Shown here piece after piece: positions 50,101 to 60,540 of a stretch of 64,000 nt of DNA (positions are counted from its first letter, which is position 1; every line of letters starts with the position of its first letter). The notes beneath the pieces were generated by a model. That model saw only the letters and a program-made list of their open reading frames with translations. It had not been told where the DNA came from and did not search any database. The stretch comes from an uncultured Chloroflexia bacterium (GTDB lineage Bacteria; Chloroflexota; Anaerolineae; Anaerolineales; UBA4823): assembly GCA_963726375.1 (NCBI GenBank), contig CAVSCE010000011.1, forward strand, positions 210,914-274,913, given 5' to 3'. Made by a program: the position numbers and the translations under genes.

Positions 50101-52741
50101 CCGACCGGCACGCATGTATTTACCGCTACGCTCGGCGGCGGTTATCTCCCGGACATCAGGACCGTTGAAGTGGCCTCAGGTCAGACGGCTAATCAGGACT
50201 TCCTGCTGCCGGCCGGGAATCTGGTCTTTAACCACCCGGATCTCTCGGCGAGACTTCAATTTGGCGAGACGTCGCTCCAGGTATTGAACCTGACCAACCT
50301 GGGCGGCGCTCCGGCGGATGTCGAGCTGGTAGAGCTCAAAGGTGGATTTCTCCCGTTGGGACCGTTTGAAGAACCTGATTTTGGCGTTAAAATCATTCAA
50401 AGCCGAACAGCCGACGAGCAAAGGCCTTGGCATCCCCGCCGCACCCTCGAGCAAACCGCTCTCAGCCGGAACGGTGATCCAATCCTGGGCTCCCTCAGGC
50501 ATCGAAGGCGCCTGGGCGGCCGGGTATGACGCAGTCAACGACACCGTCTGGGTCTCCACGCCCACTTCCTTCTGGAGCGGCGAAGATCTCATGGCTGAAT
50601 TCTCGACCTCCGGCGAGCCGACAGGTCGGTCATTATGCTCATGATATCCCGCACAGCTCTGGACCTGCCGACCTGGCGTACAACTGGAATACCGGTATGT
50701 TCTGGATCATGAATGTGAATACCGGCAGCGCTAACTGCATCTACGAATTGAGCCCGGATGTCGGCTATACCGGCAATATGATCTGTCCCGGTGGGGGGGC
50801 TGGTTTCTCCACCTCGCAGCGCGGTCTGGCCTACGATCCGGATACCGATACCTGGTTCGCGGGCGGCTGGAACGACCTGAAAATCCACCGTTTTGCCAAT
50901 GACGGCACGCTGCTTTCAAGCGTCAACACCGGGCTGGCAATCTCCGGCCTGGCATATAATCCGGACAGCGGGCACATCTTCGCGATCACCAACGACAGCC
51001 AGACGAAAATTTTTGTCCTGGACGTCGCGAATAACTACCAGCAGATCGGGCAGTTCTCAGTCTCCGAGGGCTTTGGATCCTACGCCGGCGGCGGCCTGGA
51101 GTTCGATTGCAGCGGCAGCCTGTGGGCCGTCGATTTGAGCCAGAACCGCGTCGTCCAGCTCGAATCCGGGGAGGTCGGCTCGCCTTGCGAGCGAGATGTT
51201 TCCTGGATCTCCTTCCAGCCGGTGGAAGCAGCGGTCGCAGCGGGGAACAGCCTGCCTATCCAGGCGACGTTCGACGCTGGAGCTCCGGAAATTGACCAGC
51301 CGGGCGAATATTCAATGCTGCTCAAGGTCAGAGAAGACACCCCCTATCTGGTCGATACCCTGCCTGTGACCCTGACGATCTCGGCGCCCGCGAGCTGGGG
51401 CAAGCTGGATGGAGTGGTGGCGGGCCGGAGCCCGTGCGGCGGCGACCCCGAGCCGCTCGACCAGGCGGAACTATTTATTGAGAGCAGCACCGGCCTGACC
51501 TGGACGATCCAGACAGATTCAAGCGGGTTTTACCAGCGCTGGCTGGATTCCGCCGGCAGCCCGTACACGCTCACAGTGTCTGCCCCCGGGTACCTCTCAG
51601 AGCGGCTGCCAGGCCTGCAGGTCAGACCAGGGATCGTTGCGACCTACGACCTGACTCTTGTTGAGAACACGGCTTGCTTCGAGGTTCAACCGCTTTCGCT
51701 GGAAGTAGATCTAAAAACCGATGCATGGCTCACCCGGACGATCACGCTCACAAACAGCGGGACGGCGCAAGGTGCTTTTATTTGGAATGAAACCACTGAA
51801 ACCGGGCTGAATACCGACTTGGACTGGCTGTCCATCCAACCGGCCTCGGGTTCGATCCCACCTGATGGTGGGGTGGTAAGTAACGTGGTCTTGATTGATT
51901 CCGGGTACCCGGAAGTTTCCACGCCCGGCATCTACCATGCCACCCTGGCGTTGGAAACCGAAGGATCGCAGCAGGATATTACTTACCTCGTCCCGATCAC
52001 GCTCAGCGTGCTTGCCCGTGAATACGGGGTTGCGATCTCTCCCGACCAGATCGGGGAGGGCATCCCCGGTCAGACCGTGGATTACACCCTCGAGATCACC
52101 AACACGAGCGAAGGGCTGACCGATACCTTTGCGCTTGAGATGGGCTCCTCGCAGTGGCAGACCTGGCTGGAGACCATTTCCGTAGGCCCAATTGCTGCTG
52201 GAGTCAGCCAGGAAGTGCAGATGCACGTGCGGATTCCAGACTTCCGCGCTGCCTTCTGAAGATGATCGGGTTGTCATCACCGCGAAATCTATGAGCAATT
52301 CCCTTCAAAACGGCTGCCGCTTCGTTCAAAACTACCGTGCTCATGCCGCTGGCCGACCTGGAGCTCGGAAAAACCGTCTTCCCGGACCCGGGCTGGGCAG
52401 GCCAGCCGCTGACCTACACCCTGACTGTGACCAACCACGGTCCGACGATCGCTCCGGAGACGATGCTCGTGGATTTTCTCTCCCCGAAGCTCGAATACCT
52501 TGGCGACGATGCCGGCTGCTCGCTGGCTGGGGGTATGCTTACCTGCCCGCTCGGTGAACTGCCGGTCGCAGGAGCGCGCACCGTGAAGATCAGCGCACTG
52601 CCGATGCACACCGGCCTGCTTGTGAACCAGGCTGCTGTCGCCTCCCAGGCGGATGACCCGTTGATGGATAATAATTTCAGTGGGCTTGTGAGTGCGGTGG
52701 TTGGCTGGTTGTTTTACTTCCCGTGGATCGCTGGGCCGTAG
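47197..52741 (+). CDS. Giant secreted multidomain protein (~1,848 aa if rejoined), at least 7 frameshifts
   Basis: Signal peptide MMRKALFRLFSLLALVVFLGN. Pieces are 47152..49368, 49319..49963, 49659..49994 (frame), 49960..50529, 50342..50644, 50526..52259, 52192.. and 52337..52741. Each piece continues the previous sense across a frame change. Domains include CarboxypepD_reg-like beta-sandwiches, a jelly-roll module (WEWG..GWATN..FRFTSDSSVAKPGWYLDD), NHL/propeller-like repeats (GLAYDPDTD, GLAYNPDSG) and a terminal DUF11-type repeat (LTYTLTVTNHGP). Confidence 0.7.
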
Positions 52742-52754
52742 GGCTGACCGAGGA

Positions 52755-52958
52755 TTAGGTAAAATCCTGCTCCGAATCCATCACCACAATCACATCAAGA
52801 TCGGTGAACAGGTCGCGCCGACCAGCCAGATACGACCCGAATAAGATCACACGCTGCACCCTCGGGTCAGCCGAGAGTGCAGCGGTCAGGGTTTCGAGGT
52901 TTCTCGTCAGGCTGTCAGCATGCTCCTGGCGCTGGTCTTCGATCGAAATGGAAGTCAA
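52755..52958 (-). CDS. Minimal nucleotidyltransferase (MNT-type) stub, 67 aa, probably truncated
   Basis: LFGSYLAGRRDLFTDLDVIVV is the GS-x9-DxD NTase motif. The ORF stops ~10 residues after it, and no HEPN partner is nearby. Confidence 0.55.
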   Translation of the reverse strand: MTSISIEDQRQEHADSLTRNLETLTAALSADPRVQRVILFGSYLAGRRDLFTDLDVIVVMDSEQDFT

Positions 52959-52979
52959 CCAGAATCCTCCCTGGGAGCT

Positions 52980-54128
52980 TCAGTCAGGTGTGATAAATGT
53001 GATCACCACCGTCATCCCCCAGCGCAGGCGCGGATCGGTCTCGTTCAGCTTGACCCGCACGGTGTAGGTGATGTCGCCCCGTTTTTCAACGGAAACCCTG
53101 CTGATTTCGGTCACTTCGCCGTCGATCACCAGGTCAGGGATCGCGTCCGGGACGATGGTGACCTTCTGACCGACTTCGATGTCGACGACTTCGATCTCCG
53201 TCAGGTCGTCGGTCTCGGCGAAAAGCTCGCGCAGGTCGGCAATCTGCATTACAGGGACGCCGGCCGCCGCGTTTTGGCCGATAATCAGATCGTTATCGAC
53301 CACCGTGCCGTCGATCGTGGATTTGAGCTCCAGATTGTCCAGGTTCGCATTCGCGGCGTCCAGGTTCGCTTCAGCTGCTTTGATACGGGCTTCGGCAGCC
53401 TCCACCTGGTCCTTGTCCGGCCCGCTTTGCAGGTCCTGGTAGTCATTCATCGTCTCTTCCAGGCGGGTTTCGGCTTCGTGCAGCTTGGTTTCGAGCTGCA
53501 GCCAGCGCACAGCGGTGTTGTAATCGCTCTGGGCCGAATCCAGGTCTTCTTTCAGATCCTCGCGAGTGTCGTTGCCCGAATCCCAATACTTCACCGGCTC
53601 GAATTTGTCGCGGGCGGCATCAAGGATGACTTTCATCGCCGCGATCGCCTCGAGCGGGGTCATCCCTTTCATGTTCTGCGGGACGGTGAAGTTATCGATC
53701 GCGTACTGGGCGTCTTTCAAGGCTTTGTTTGCGTCGGACATCGCGGCCGCGGCGTCTGACTGCGCCAGCGCCAGGTTATCTTCAAGCTTCTGGCGGGCTT
53801 GTTTGGCTGCGACCAGCTCTGCTTCAGCGGCGGCGATTGCCGCTTCGATCTGTTCGCGGTTGCCGAGCCGGGCGACGACCTGCCCGTTTGTGACCTGGTC
53901 GCCTTTTGCTGCCATCAATTCTTCAACCTGACCGCTGCTGAAAAAAGCCAGCTGGGCGTCTTCTTTTGGGACGATGTAACCCTCGGCGACGACATCCGTG
54001 TCCGAGATTACGATTGGGATTGGTGTGGGGGTCGGTTGGCCTCCCGATCCAGGCAGCCCACCGCAGCCAGCAGTGAGCAGGCTGGCCAGGATCAAAACGG
54101 ACAACAGCGGCAGCAGTTTGGTTTTCAT
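52980..54128 (-). CDS. HlyD/MacA-family periplasmic adaptor (membrane-fusion) lipoprotein
   Basis: Starts MKTKLLPLLSVLILASLLTAGC (lipobox) within ORF 52980..54299. Has a long coiled-coil (AAEAELVAAKQARQKLEDNL..) and beta-barrel segments. Confidence 0.8.
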   Translation of the reverse strand: MKTKLLPLLSVLILASLLTAGCGGLPGSGGQPTPTPIPIVISDTDVVAEGYIVPKEDAQLAFFSSGQVEELMAAKGDQVTNGQVVARLGNREQIEAAIAAAEAELVAAKQARQKLEDNLALAQSDAAAAMSDANKALKDAQYAIDNFTVPQNMKGMTPLEAIAAMKVILDAARDKFEPVKYWDSGNDTREDLKEDLDSAQSDYNTAVRWLQLETKLHEAETRLEETMNDYQDLQSGPDKDQVEAAEARIKAAEANLDAANANLDNLELKSTIDGTVVDNDLIIGQNAAAGVPVMQIADLRELFAETDDLTEIEVVDIEVGQKVTIVPDAIPDLVIDGEVTEISRVSVEKRGDITYTVRVKLNETDPRLRWGMTVVITFITPD

Positions 54129-54199
54129 GAACATCTTCTCCAGAGTTTTACCTGTGTGAATTCGCATGCTAATTATAAATCGAATGAGAGAAAAATCGA

Positions 54200-56593
54200 T
54201 CACTGATACGCCAGGCTTTCGCGCACGCTGATCTGCGTCGCGCTGCGCGCCGGCAGCCAGCTCGCCACGATCGAAAGAAACGTTATGATCATGAACCACA
54301 GGATGATGCCGGTCGGCTCGAACTTATAAAGGATGTCGATCTGAAAGGCGCTTCCCAGCACGCTGGCCATCATCTTGCCGGCCGGGATCGAAAGGGGTAC
54401 TGCGATCGCCCAGCTCAGCCAGCCCAGGATCAGCCCTTCGCCGATGAACATTTTAAAGATCGTCCACGAGGAAGCGCCGATCGCCCGCATCACGCCGATC
54501 TCCCTGCGGCGCTCCATGACGCTCAGCGAGAGTGCGCCGCTCAAGGCGATGCTGCCGACTGCGCCGATCACGACCGCCATGATCCCAAGCAGCACGAGCA
54601 GAAAATTGAACTGCTGGACGAATTGGTTTGCCGTGGCAGTGGTGCTGTCCGACCCTATCCCGAAGATGCCTCGCTGCGCGCTGACTTCCATCCCATTTTC
54701 ATTGTAATATTCGCGCAGCGCCCTGGCGATCGACTCTTCGGCTTCCACCCCGGATTCCTTCGTCTTGATCCAGAGCGACTGTGCCTTTCCGCTGCTGCCG
54801 GTGTCGTGCAGCAGCACGTCGCGGTTCACCAGCGTGAATGTGGTCAGGATCGGGTCAAAGATCAGCCCGACGACCTGGAAATCGCGCTCCTTCTTCTCGC
54901 TGTAGCGGACTGTGACCCAGTCGCCGACCTTGATCCCCTCATCTTCAGCCAGCTTCTTGTTCAGGACGATCGCATAAGTGTCGTTTGGATCGAGCCAGCG
55001 CCCGCCGCGCAGCTGGTAGCCGTACGCATCGGTCGGGAGCGGGACGCCCATAACCTGGACCTGCTCATCATCGTCGGTTGCCTCCGATCCCTTGAGACGG
55101 ATGGACGCGCCGGTTAACCCCCACATTTCGACTGCTTCGATCCCTGGAAATTTCATGGTCAGCTCTTCGGTGGTCTCGATCCGCTCCGGGTCGGTCAGGA
55201 TGAATGTGATATTTGTGTCCAGGATCTCGAACAGCACATCCTTGATCGTATAGGAGACCGAGTCGCGCACGCTGACGACCATCATGAAGACCAGCGCGCT
55301 CATCACCAACGCAAGTTCCAGCATCACCACCCGGCGCTTGTGCCGGAAGGTGCTGCTGACGGTCAGGATCGCCAACCGCGAGATGAACTTGATCCTGGTC
55401 AGGATTTTCTCGAGCAGGCCGACGCCCGCCGAAAGGCCGTAAGTGCTGATCGCTTCCCTTACTGTGATCCGCGCTGCTGAAAAGATCGGGAAAAGCGCCA
55501 CCAGCATCGGCGCGAGCAGCGCGATCGAGCTGGCGAGTATCAGTGAAATCGGATCCACCGTGAATGAGCCTGGATCTGCGCCAAAGCTGTTGATCAGCCA
55601 GCTGGAGATCGCCCAGCCGCCCAGAATGCTGAGCGGCAGCGAGACCAATAACGAGAGCAGGCCGTAAATGATCACCACCACCAGATAGAAGCGGGCGATT
55701 TGCCCGGTGCGTGCCCCGATCGCTTTCATCACGCCGATCTGGTCGGTCTGAGCGGAGATGATCGAGGTGATCGTATTGTAGACCAGCAGCAGCCCCAGGA
55801 TCAACGCGAACAACCCCAGAATGCCGAGCAGCATGAAGATCCCGTCCAGCGAATCCTGGAAGAAGTGCTTATTCGGGTCGGTGATCCAGCGCCCGGAATC
55901 ATACCCCATCCTGCGCAGCCGGTCGTCGATCCGGTCAGCCAGCTCGGTGACTTTGTCCTCGTCCCATGCTGCGGCTTTGATCAGCAACCGCCCGAAATCC
56001 TTGTCGCCGACCAGGTATTCGTAATAGTCCTGGTCGACGTAGAACTGGGCCGTGCCGCCGAATTGGGCGGGCGCTACCATCTGGTCGTATATTTTCCCGC
56101 TGGTTTGGACCTGATACTCTTTATTATCGATTCGCATCGTGACTGGCGCGTTATCTGGGATGCCGAAGATCAGCGCGTCCTGCCCGACCGCGACGATCTT
56201 ACCGCTGGGCCATTCGCCGTTGACCAGCTCGAGCCTGTTCATATTCTGATTGCTGAAGTCGGTTCGAGCCGTCAGCGTGCCCTGTTCCCATTCATCATCG
56301 GGGTTCACTCGCCATTCAACCGTGGCGCTGTTAAATCCCTCATATTCAGTCACACCGTCGATATGCCCGACTGTGATCAGCTCGTCCTCATCGATCGGCA
56401 GTCCGACGAAGACGTTGATCATCGCCGGGTTCATCCCTGTCCACATTTTCTGCATCATCGGGATGACCAGATTGCGCGTCCCCAGGATCATGCCGATCGA
56501 CGCCGAGCCGATCCCGATGATCAGCATGACCTGCAACGTGCGCGCTTTGTGAGACCAGAGATCGCGCAGAATTTTATATCGAAGGCTGCCCAT
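54200..56593 (-). CDS. MacB/FtsX-family ABC transporter permease (duplicated FtsX, 797 aa)
   Basis: Intact ORF with two large extracytoplasmic domains, each followed by FtsX-type TM bundles (..GVMKAIGAR.., ..GVMRAIGAS..). Confidence 0.85.
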   Translation of the reverse strand: MGSLRYKILRDLWSHKARTLQVMLIIGIGSASIGMILGTRNLVIPMMQKMWTGMNPAMINVFVGLPIDEDELITVGHIDGVTEYEGFNSATVEWRVNPDDEWEQGTLTARTDFSNQNMNRLELVNGEWPSGKIVAVGQDALIFGIPDNAPVTMRIDNKEYQVQTSGKIYDQMVAPAQFGGTAQFYVDQDYYEYLVGDKDFGRLLIKAAAWDEDKVTELADRIDDRLRRMGYDSGRWITDPNKHFFQDSLDGIFMLLGILGLFALILGLLLVYNTITSIISAQTDQIGVMKAIGARTGQIARFYLVVVIIYGLLSLLVSLPLSILGGWAISSWLINSFGADPGSFTVDPISLILASSIALLAPMLVALFPIFSAARITVREAISTYGLSAGVGLLEKILTRIKFISRLAILTVSSTFRHKRRVVMLELALVMSALVFMMVVSVRDSVSYTIKDVLFEILDTNITFILTDPERIETTEELTMKFPGIEAVEMWGLTGASIRLKGSEATDDDEQVQVMGVPLPTDAYGYQLRGGRWLDPNDTYAIVLNKKLAEDEGIKVGDWVTVRYSEKKERDFQVVGLIFDPILTTFTLVNRDVLLHDTGSSGKAQSLWIKTKESGVEAEESIARALREYYNENGMEVSAQRGIFGIGSDSTTATANQFVQQFNFLLVLLGIMAVVIGAVGSIALSGALSLSVMERRREIGVMRAIGASSWTIFKMFIGEGLILGWLSWAIAVPLSIPAGKMMASVLGSAFQIDILYKFEPTGIILWFMIITFLSIVASWLPARSATQISVRESLAYQ

Positions 56594-56595
56594 GA

Positions 56596-57342
56596 TTAAT
56601 AACCCGTCCAGTTGACCTCACCGACGAATTCGTCGCGTGTGATCCGGCCATCGACGATCTCGACCACGCGCGGGACGCGCCTGGCGAGCTCTTTATCGTG
56701 CGTGACCATCAACAGCGTCTTGCCCTCGTCCACGAGCCGGTCGAAAAGGTCAAAGACATCGTAAGCGGTGCGCTGGTCCAGGTTGCCCGTCGGCTCGTCT
56801 GCGACCAGGATCTGCGGATCGTTCGCCAGGGCGCGCGCGATCGCAGCGCGCTGCTGCTGTCCGCCGGAAACTGTGCCGGGGAGCTTGTCCGCCTGGTCTT
56901 CCAGCCCTACGATGCTCAGCAGGTCCAAAGCGCGTTCCTTGCGCTCGCGCGGGGAATACTTCCTGGCGAAATCCATCGGGAGCATCACGTTTTGAAGCAG
57001 GGTCAGCGCAGGCAGCATCTGGAAGAACTGGAAGATGATCCCGATGTGCTGGCCTCGCCATGCTGCCAGCTTGTTCTCGTTCATTTTATGTACTTCCAGC
57101 CCGGTGACGATCACTTCGCCGTGGGTGGGCCGGTCGATTCCGGTGATCATGTTTAAGAGCGTCGATTTGCCGTTCCCAGATGGTCCGACAATCGTCACAA
57201 ATTCGCCGCTGTTGACATTGAAGGAAATCCCTTTCAAGACGGTCACCTCGCCCCCGCCGACCGGAAAGGTTTTAACCACGTCCTTTACCTGAACCAGCGC
57301 CCCGTTCGCCCCGTTCCCATTTTTACCGTTTCCGTCACTCAT
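56596..57342 (-). CDS. ABC transporter ATP-binding protein (MacB/LolD-type)
   Basis: Has [36 protein letters not shown] and THD. Its stop abuts the permease start. Confidence 0.9.
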   Translation of the reverse strand: MSDGNGKNGNGANGALVQVKDVVKTFPVGGGEVTVLKGISFNVNSGEFVTIVGPSGNGKSTLLNMITGIDRPTHGEVIVTGLEVHKMNENKLAAWRGQHIGIIFQFFQMLPALTLLQNVMLPMDFARKYSPRERKERALDLLSIVGLEDQADKLPGTVSGGQQQRAAIARALANDPQILVADEPTGNLDQRTAYDVFDLFDRLVDEGKTLLMVTHDKELARRVPRVVEIVDGRITRDEFVGEVNWTGY

Positions 57343-57423
57343 CGCTTGCTCCTTACCTGAAAATCAAGCAAAAAAGCTTGATTTCGGGCGGGTCGTCCCT
57401 CCAACCGGCCCGAATCGATAAAA

Positions 57424-58674
57424 TTAACAGCCGCTGCCTGTCCGGTCTGCGGACCAGATCAACTCCATGCGGGGTTTGTACTCGCGGGCGTCATACCACT
57501 TTTCGACATCAACCATTTTTACGCTTTTGGTTGCCAGGGCGAGTTCAACGTCGCACCACATCCGCTCATGAATGAAAGCGGTCATGCGCCCGAAGATGCC
57601 ATTGGAGAGCAGGCTCGCGGCAGTCAGCGCAAAATTCGCCGCGCCCAGCAGGTCCTGGCCGTCTGGTGAGCCGGTCCGGAGCAGGTAGGTCAGCGATTGA
57701 AGGAAGACTTCTTCGCCGGTAATGTGCGCCATCAGCTGAGCTGCGATCATCCCGCTGCCGACCAACCCACCATATCCGCTCAGCATCTCTTCGCTCAGGT
57801 GGACCCGGCGCGGCGGCGGGAGTTTTTCGTGTTCCGGGATCTGCGAAAGCTCTGCAGGGCTTTCTGCCGAGATCAGCCGGGCATATTTTTGGGCTTTTTC
57901 GGCCTGAGGCTGGGTCCCATTGCAGACCAGAGCCACAGCATAGTTAGCAGGCGTCTGGTGCTTGTCCTGTGTGATGAGGTAAGCCAGCAGGTCGGGGTCG
58001 TAAGGGACTTCCGGGATCAGCACCCGGTCCACTCCTGCCAGCAGCGCCATCAGCAGCGTGCTGTATCCAGATTTGGCTGCAAACGTCTCAATCACGACCA
58101 GCTGCTCGCGCGAGCCGGCCAGGGCGCGCAGCTCGTGGATGAACGCCACCCCGCGCGCCAACCCGGTGCTGAACCCGAGCGTGTAATCCGTCCCGTGGAT
58201 ATTGTTGTGGATAGTCTTGGGGATTGCGATGATCGGGGCGCCCAGCTCGCTCAGATGGGCGGCAAAATTGAGCGTGTCGTCATCGCCGATCACGATCAGG
58301 GCTCGATAGCCCAGCCGCTCGATGACCTTAAGGATGTGGTTGGTCAGGTCCTGCGTTTCCAGCCTGGCATCAGACAGGTGCGGAGGGACAAGGGAGCGCG
58401 GGGTACGGCGCGGGTCTAGCCGCGAGGAATGGAAGAATGAGCCCGGAGTCCGGTCGATCGGGCGGACGATATTCTTGTTCAGCTCGATAAAGTGATCGCT
58501 GTAAGTTGATGGGCTGTCCGGATTGTAGTGGATCAAACCTTCCCAGCCCTTGCGCACCCCGATCGGCTCGAAACCAAGATCGATCGCGCGGTAGACCAGG
58601 CTCTTCAGGCACATGTTCAATCCCGGCACGTCCCCGCCGCCAGTGAGAATCCCGACACGTTTGCTCATGGCCAT
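57424..58674 (-). CDS. Divergent phosphofructokinase-family protein with substituted catalytic aspartates
   Basis: Intact 416-aa ORF with GILTGGGDVPGLN and VIGDDDT. The PKTIDND motif reads PKTIHNN. Confidence 0.75.
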   Translation of the reverse strand: MAMSKRVGILTGGGDVPGLNMCLKSLVYRAIDLGFEPIGVRKGWEGLIHYNPDSPSTYSDHFIELNKNIVRPIDRTPGSFFHSSRLDPRRTPRSLVPPHLSDARLETQDLTNHILKVIERLGYRALIVIGDDDTLNFAAHLSELGAPIIAIPKTIHNNIHGTDYTLGFSTGLARGVAFIHELRALAGSREQLVVIETFAAKSGYSTLLMALLAGVDRVLIPEVPYDPDLLAYLITQDKHQTPANYAVALVCNGTQPQAEKAQKYARLISAESPAELSQIPEHEKLPPPRRVHLSEEMLSGYGGLVGSGMIAAQLMAHITGEEVFLQSLTYLLRTGSPDGQDLLGAANFALTAASLLSNGIFGRMTAFIHERMWCDVELALATKSVKMVDVEKWYDAREYKPRMELIWSADRTGSGC

Positions 58675-58944
58675 CTTGCGCTCCTTAATATGCTATGTTG
58701 TTATTTACGCAATTCTGAAAAATAAGTTTAACATGAAATGCGGATGTTAGGAAGGAATTCGATATATGAGACCGGATTTTCCGATTAACTTTTCGTTTTC
58801 TTAATAATTTGGGGGAGGGGTGATCTGAACTCGCTGTTATGTTGAGTATAATTTCCTGGAATTTGCAGCACAGGCAGCCTGAAATGTCTTCAGGTCTTGC
58901 GGCTTACGGTTCAGATGCAGGTACAAATCGATCGGAGATTGAAC

Positions 58945-59520
58945 ATGAGCGAAGTGCGTATCCGCGCCCTCGTCCCTGATCTGGGAGAGGATTTTCTGGA
59001 TTTCTTCGACCATTCCGCTTTTTCGGATAATCCGGAATGGGCAAGCTGTTACTGCCAGTTCTACCTGATTGACCCGCAGGGCAAGCCCTGGGACGATCGA
59101 ACTGGTGGAGAGAACCGGTTGTCCGCAGCCGATAAGCTCGCCGCTGGAGAGATGCCCGGTTTTCTTGCTTTCCTGGATGAAAAAGCGGTAGGTTTTTGCT
59201 GCGCCGCTCCTCGGCGAAACTTTCCCCTGCTTGCTGGCATTCCGGAGCTTGCCGCCACGGATGCAGATCAGGTTGGCTCGGTGGTCTGTTTCATCGTGGC
59301 TCCAACATACCGGGGCCGGGGGATTGCATCGGCGCTGTTGCAGGCTGCCTGCCAGGGTCTCCGGGAAGCCGGAATCCGCTGGGTGGAAGCTTACCCCAGG
59401 ATAGGGACCTCAGAAGCTGCCGCAAATTGCCACGGTCCGCTGCAGATGTACCTGGACGAAGGATTTAAAACGGTGAAGGAGTTCCCGACCTTCCAGATCG
59501 TACGGAAGGAGCTGGTGTGA
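58945..59520 (+). CDS. GNAT-family acetyltransferase
   Basis: Starts MSEVRIRALVPDLGEDFLDFF (ATG 58945, GGAGA upstream) within ORF 58897..59520. Has VAPTYRGRGIASALL. Confidence 0.75.
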   Translation: MSEVRIRALVPDLGEDFLDFFDHSAFSDNPEWASCYCQFYLIDPQGKPWDDRTGGENRLSAADKLAAGEMPGFLAFLDEKAVGFCCAAPRRNFPLLAGIPELAATDADQVGSVVCFIVAPTYRGRGIASALLQAACQGLREAGIRWVEAYPRIGTSEAAANCHGPLQMYLDEGFKTVKEFPTFQIVRKELV

Positions 59521-59637
59521 TTGGGCTGGCTTCTTTCGATTTCAGCCGCTGTCCCCCGCGGTTATGAGCGCCTCAGGCCATCCTAAGCTCCGCCTCGGGA
59601 TTCCTGCTGCATCTTCGATTGCCCTGAACCAATCCTC

Positions 59638-60337
59638 TCACCAGATTCGCGGTATCAGCCGAAAGCGGACGCGCTTGCGCGTATTCCCGGTAGCCCTCCA
59701 GCTCATCCTGCAGGGTTTTATCCTCCAGGTCGGTGCGTTTGACCAGCACAATCGTCAGAAATATCGCCGGAAGCATCGCCCAGCTCGAATCCAGCAGGAT
59801 CGGAGTCGCCAGGGAAGCCAGCAGCCCGCCGGCATAACCGGGGTGCCTCACCCAGCGGTAAGGGCCGCTCGAGATCACCTTCTGGCCGCGCTCGGTCTGG
59901 ATCCGCACCACGCCGGAGAAAAAGCGGTTTTCGATCAGCGCATAGCTGGAAAACGCGTAACCCGCCAGGATCAGGATCAGCGCGAGGATCTTGGCTGTCC
60001 GGCTGAAGGCGGGGGACCATCCGTAAAGCTGGTCCAACCCGGCGACGATCATGATCAGGATGCTGGCGAGGCTGAACAGCGGGGCGAGTTTCTTGTCCCA
60101 TTCCTTGGCGTCTTCGTGCTGCAGGGAGCGGGCGCGCTCTGCGATCAGGTCCGGGTGGCGCCGGGCTGCCAGAATCCGGCTGATAATAAATCCCAGGATT
60201 GCGATGATCGCGTAAATCCAGGCTTCTAACCAGCTCCAATCGCGGGAGATCAGCAGCGGCAGGCAGGGGACGATGATGACGAACAGCAGCAGCTGGATGA
60301 GGACTCTAAAAGTGAAGATTTTTGGTTTTTGATCCAT
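59638..60337 (-). CDS. Isoprenylcysteine carboxyl methyltransferase (ICMT)/phospholipid-MT-family membrane protein, frameshift near 59682
   Basis: ORF 59573..60337 has GPYRWVRHPGYAG and EDKTLQDELEGYREYAQ. The family-typical end RVRFRLIPRIW-stop appears one frame over and stops at 59638. Confidence 0.75.
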
Positions 60338-60540
60338 TTAAGATTTCCCTTTATAAAATGCCAAAGCGTTTCATTGAAAACGGGGACCTTACGATTTTAT
60401 ACCTTTAACCATCGCCTGAGAATAGCAGATCATCGCAGCGACCGCACATGAGTCAGATCGAGCGCGACCCGATTCGGGCAGCTTTCAAATGAGAATCCGG
60501 GATAAAATTCATTTAGATCTGATCATCAGGAGTGAAAATT

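Noticed and set aside
57343-57423. Hairpin AAATCAAGC-AAAAAA-GCTTGATTT between the divergent PFK and the ABC ATPase gene, considered as a terminator.
   Set aside because: The U/A run lies in the loop rather than after the stem on either strand, so it does not fit an intrinsic terminator. It may be an mRNA-stability element, but there is no further support.
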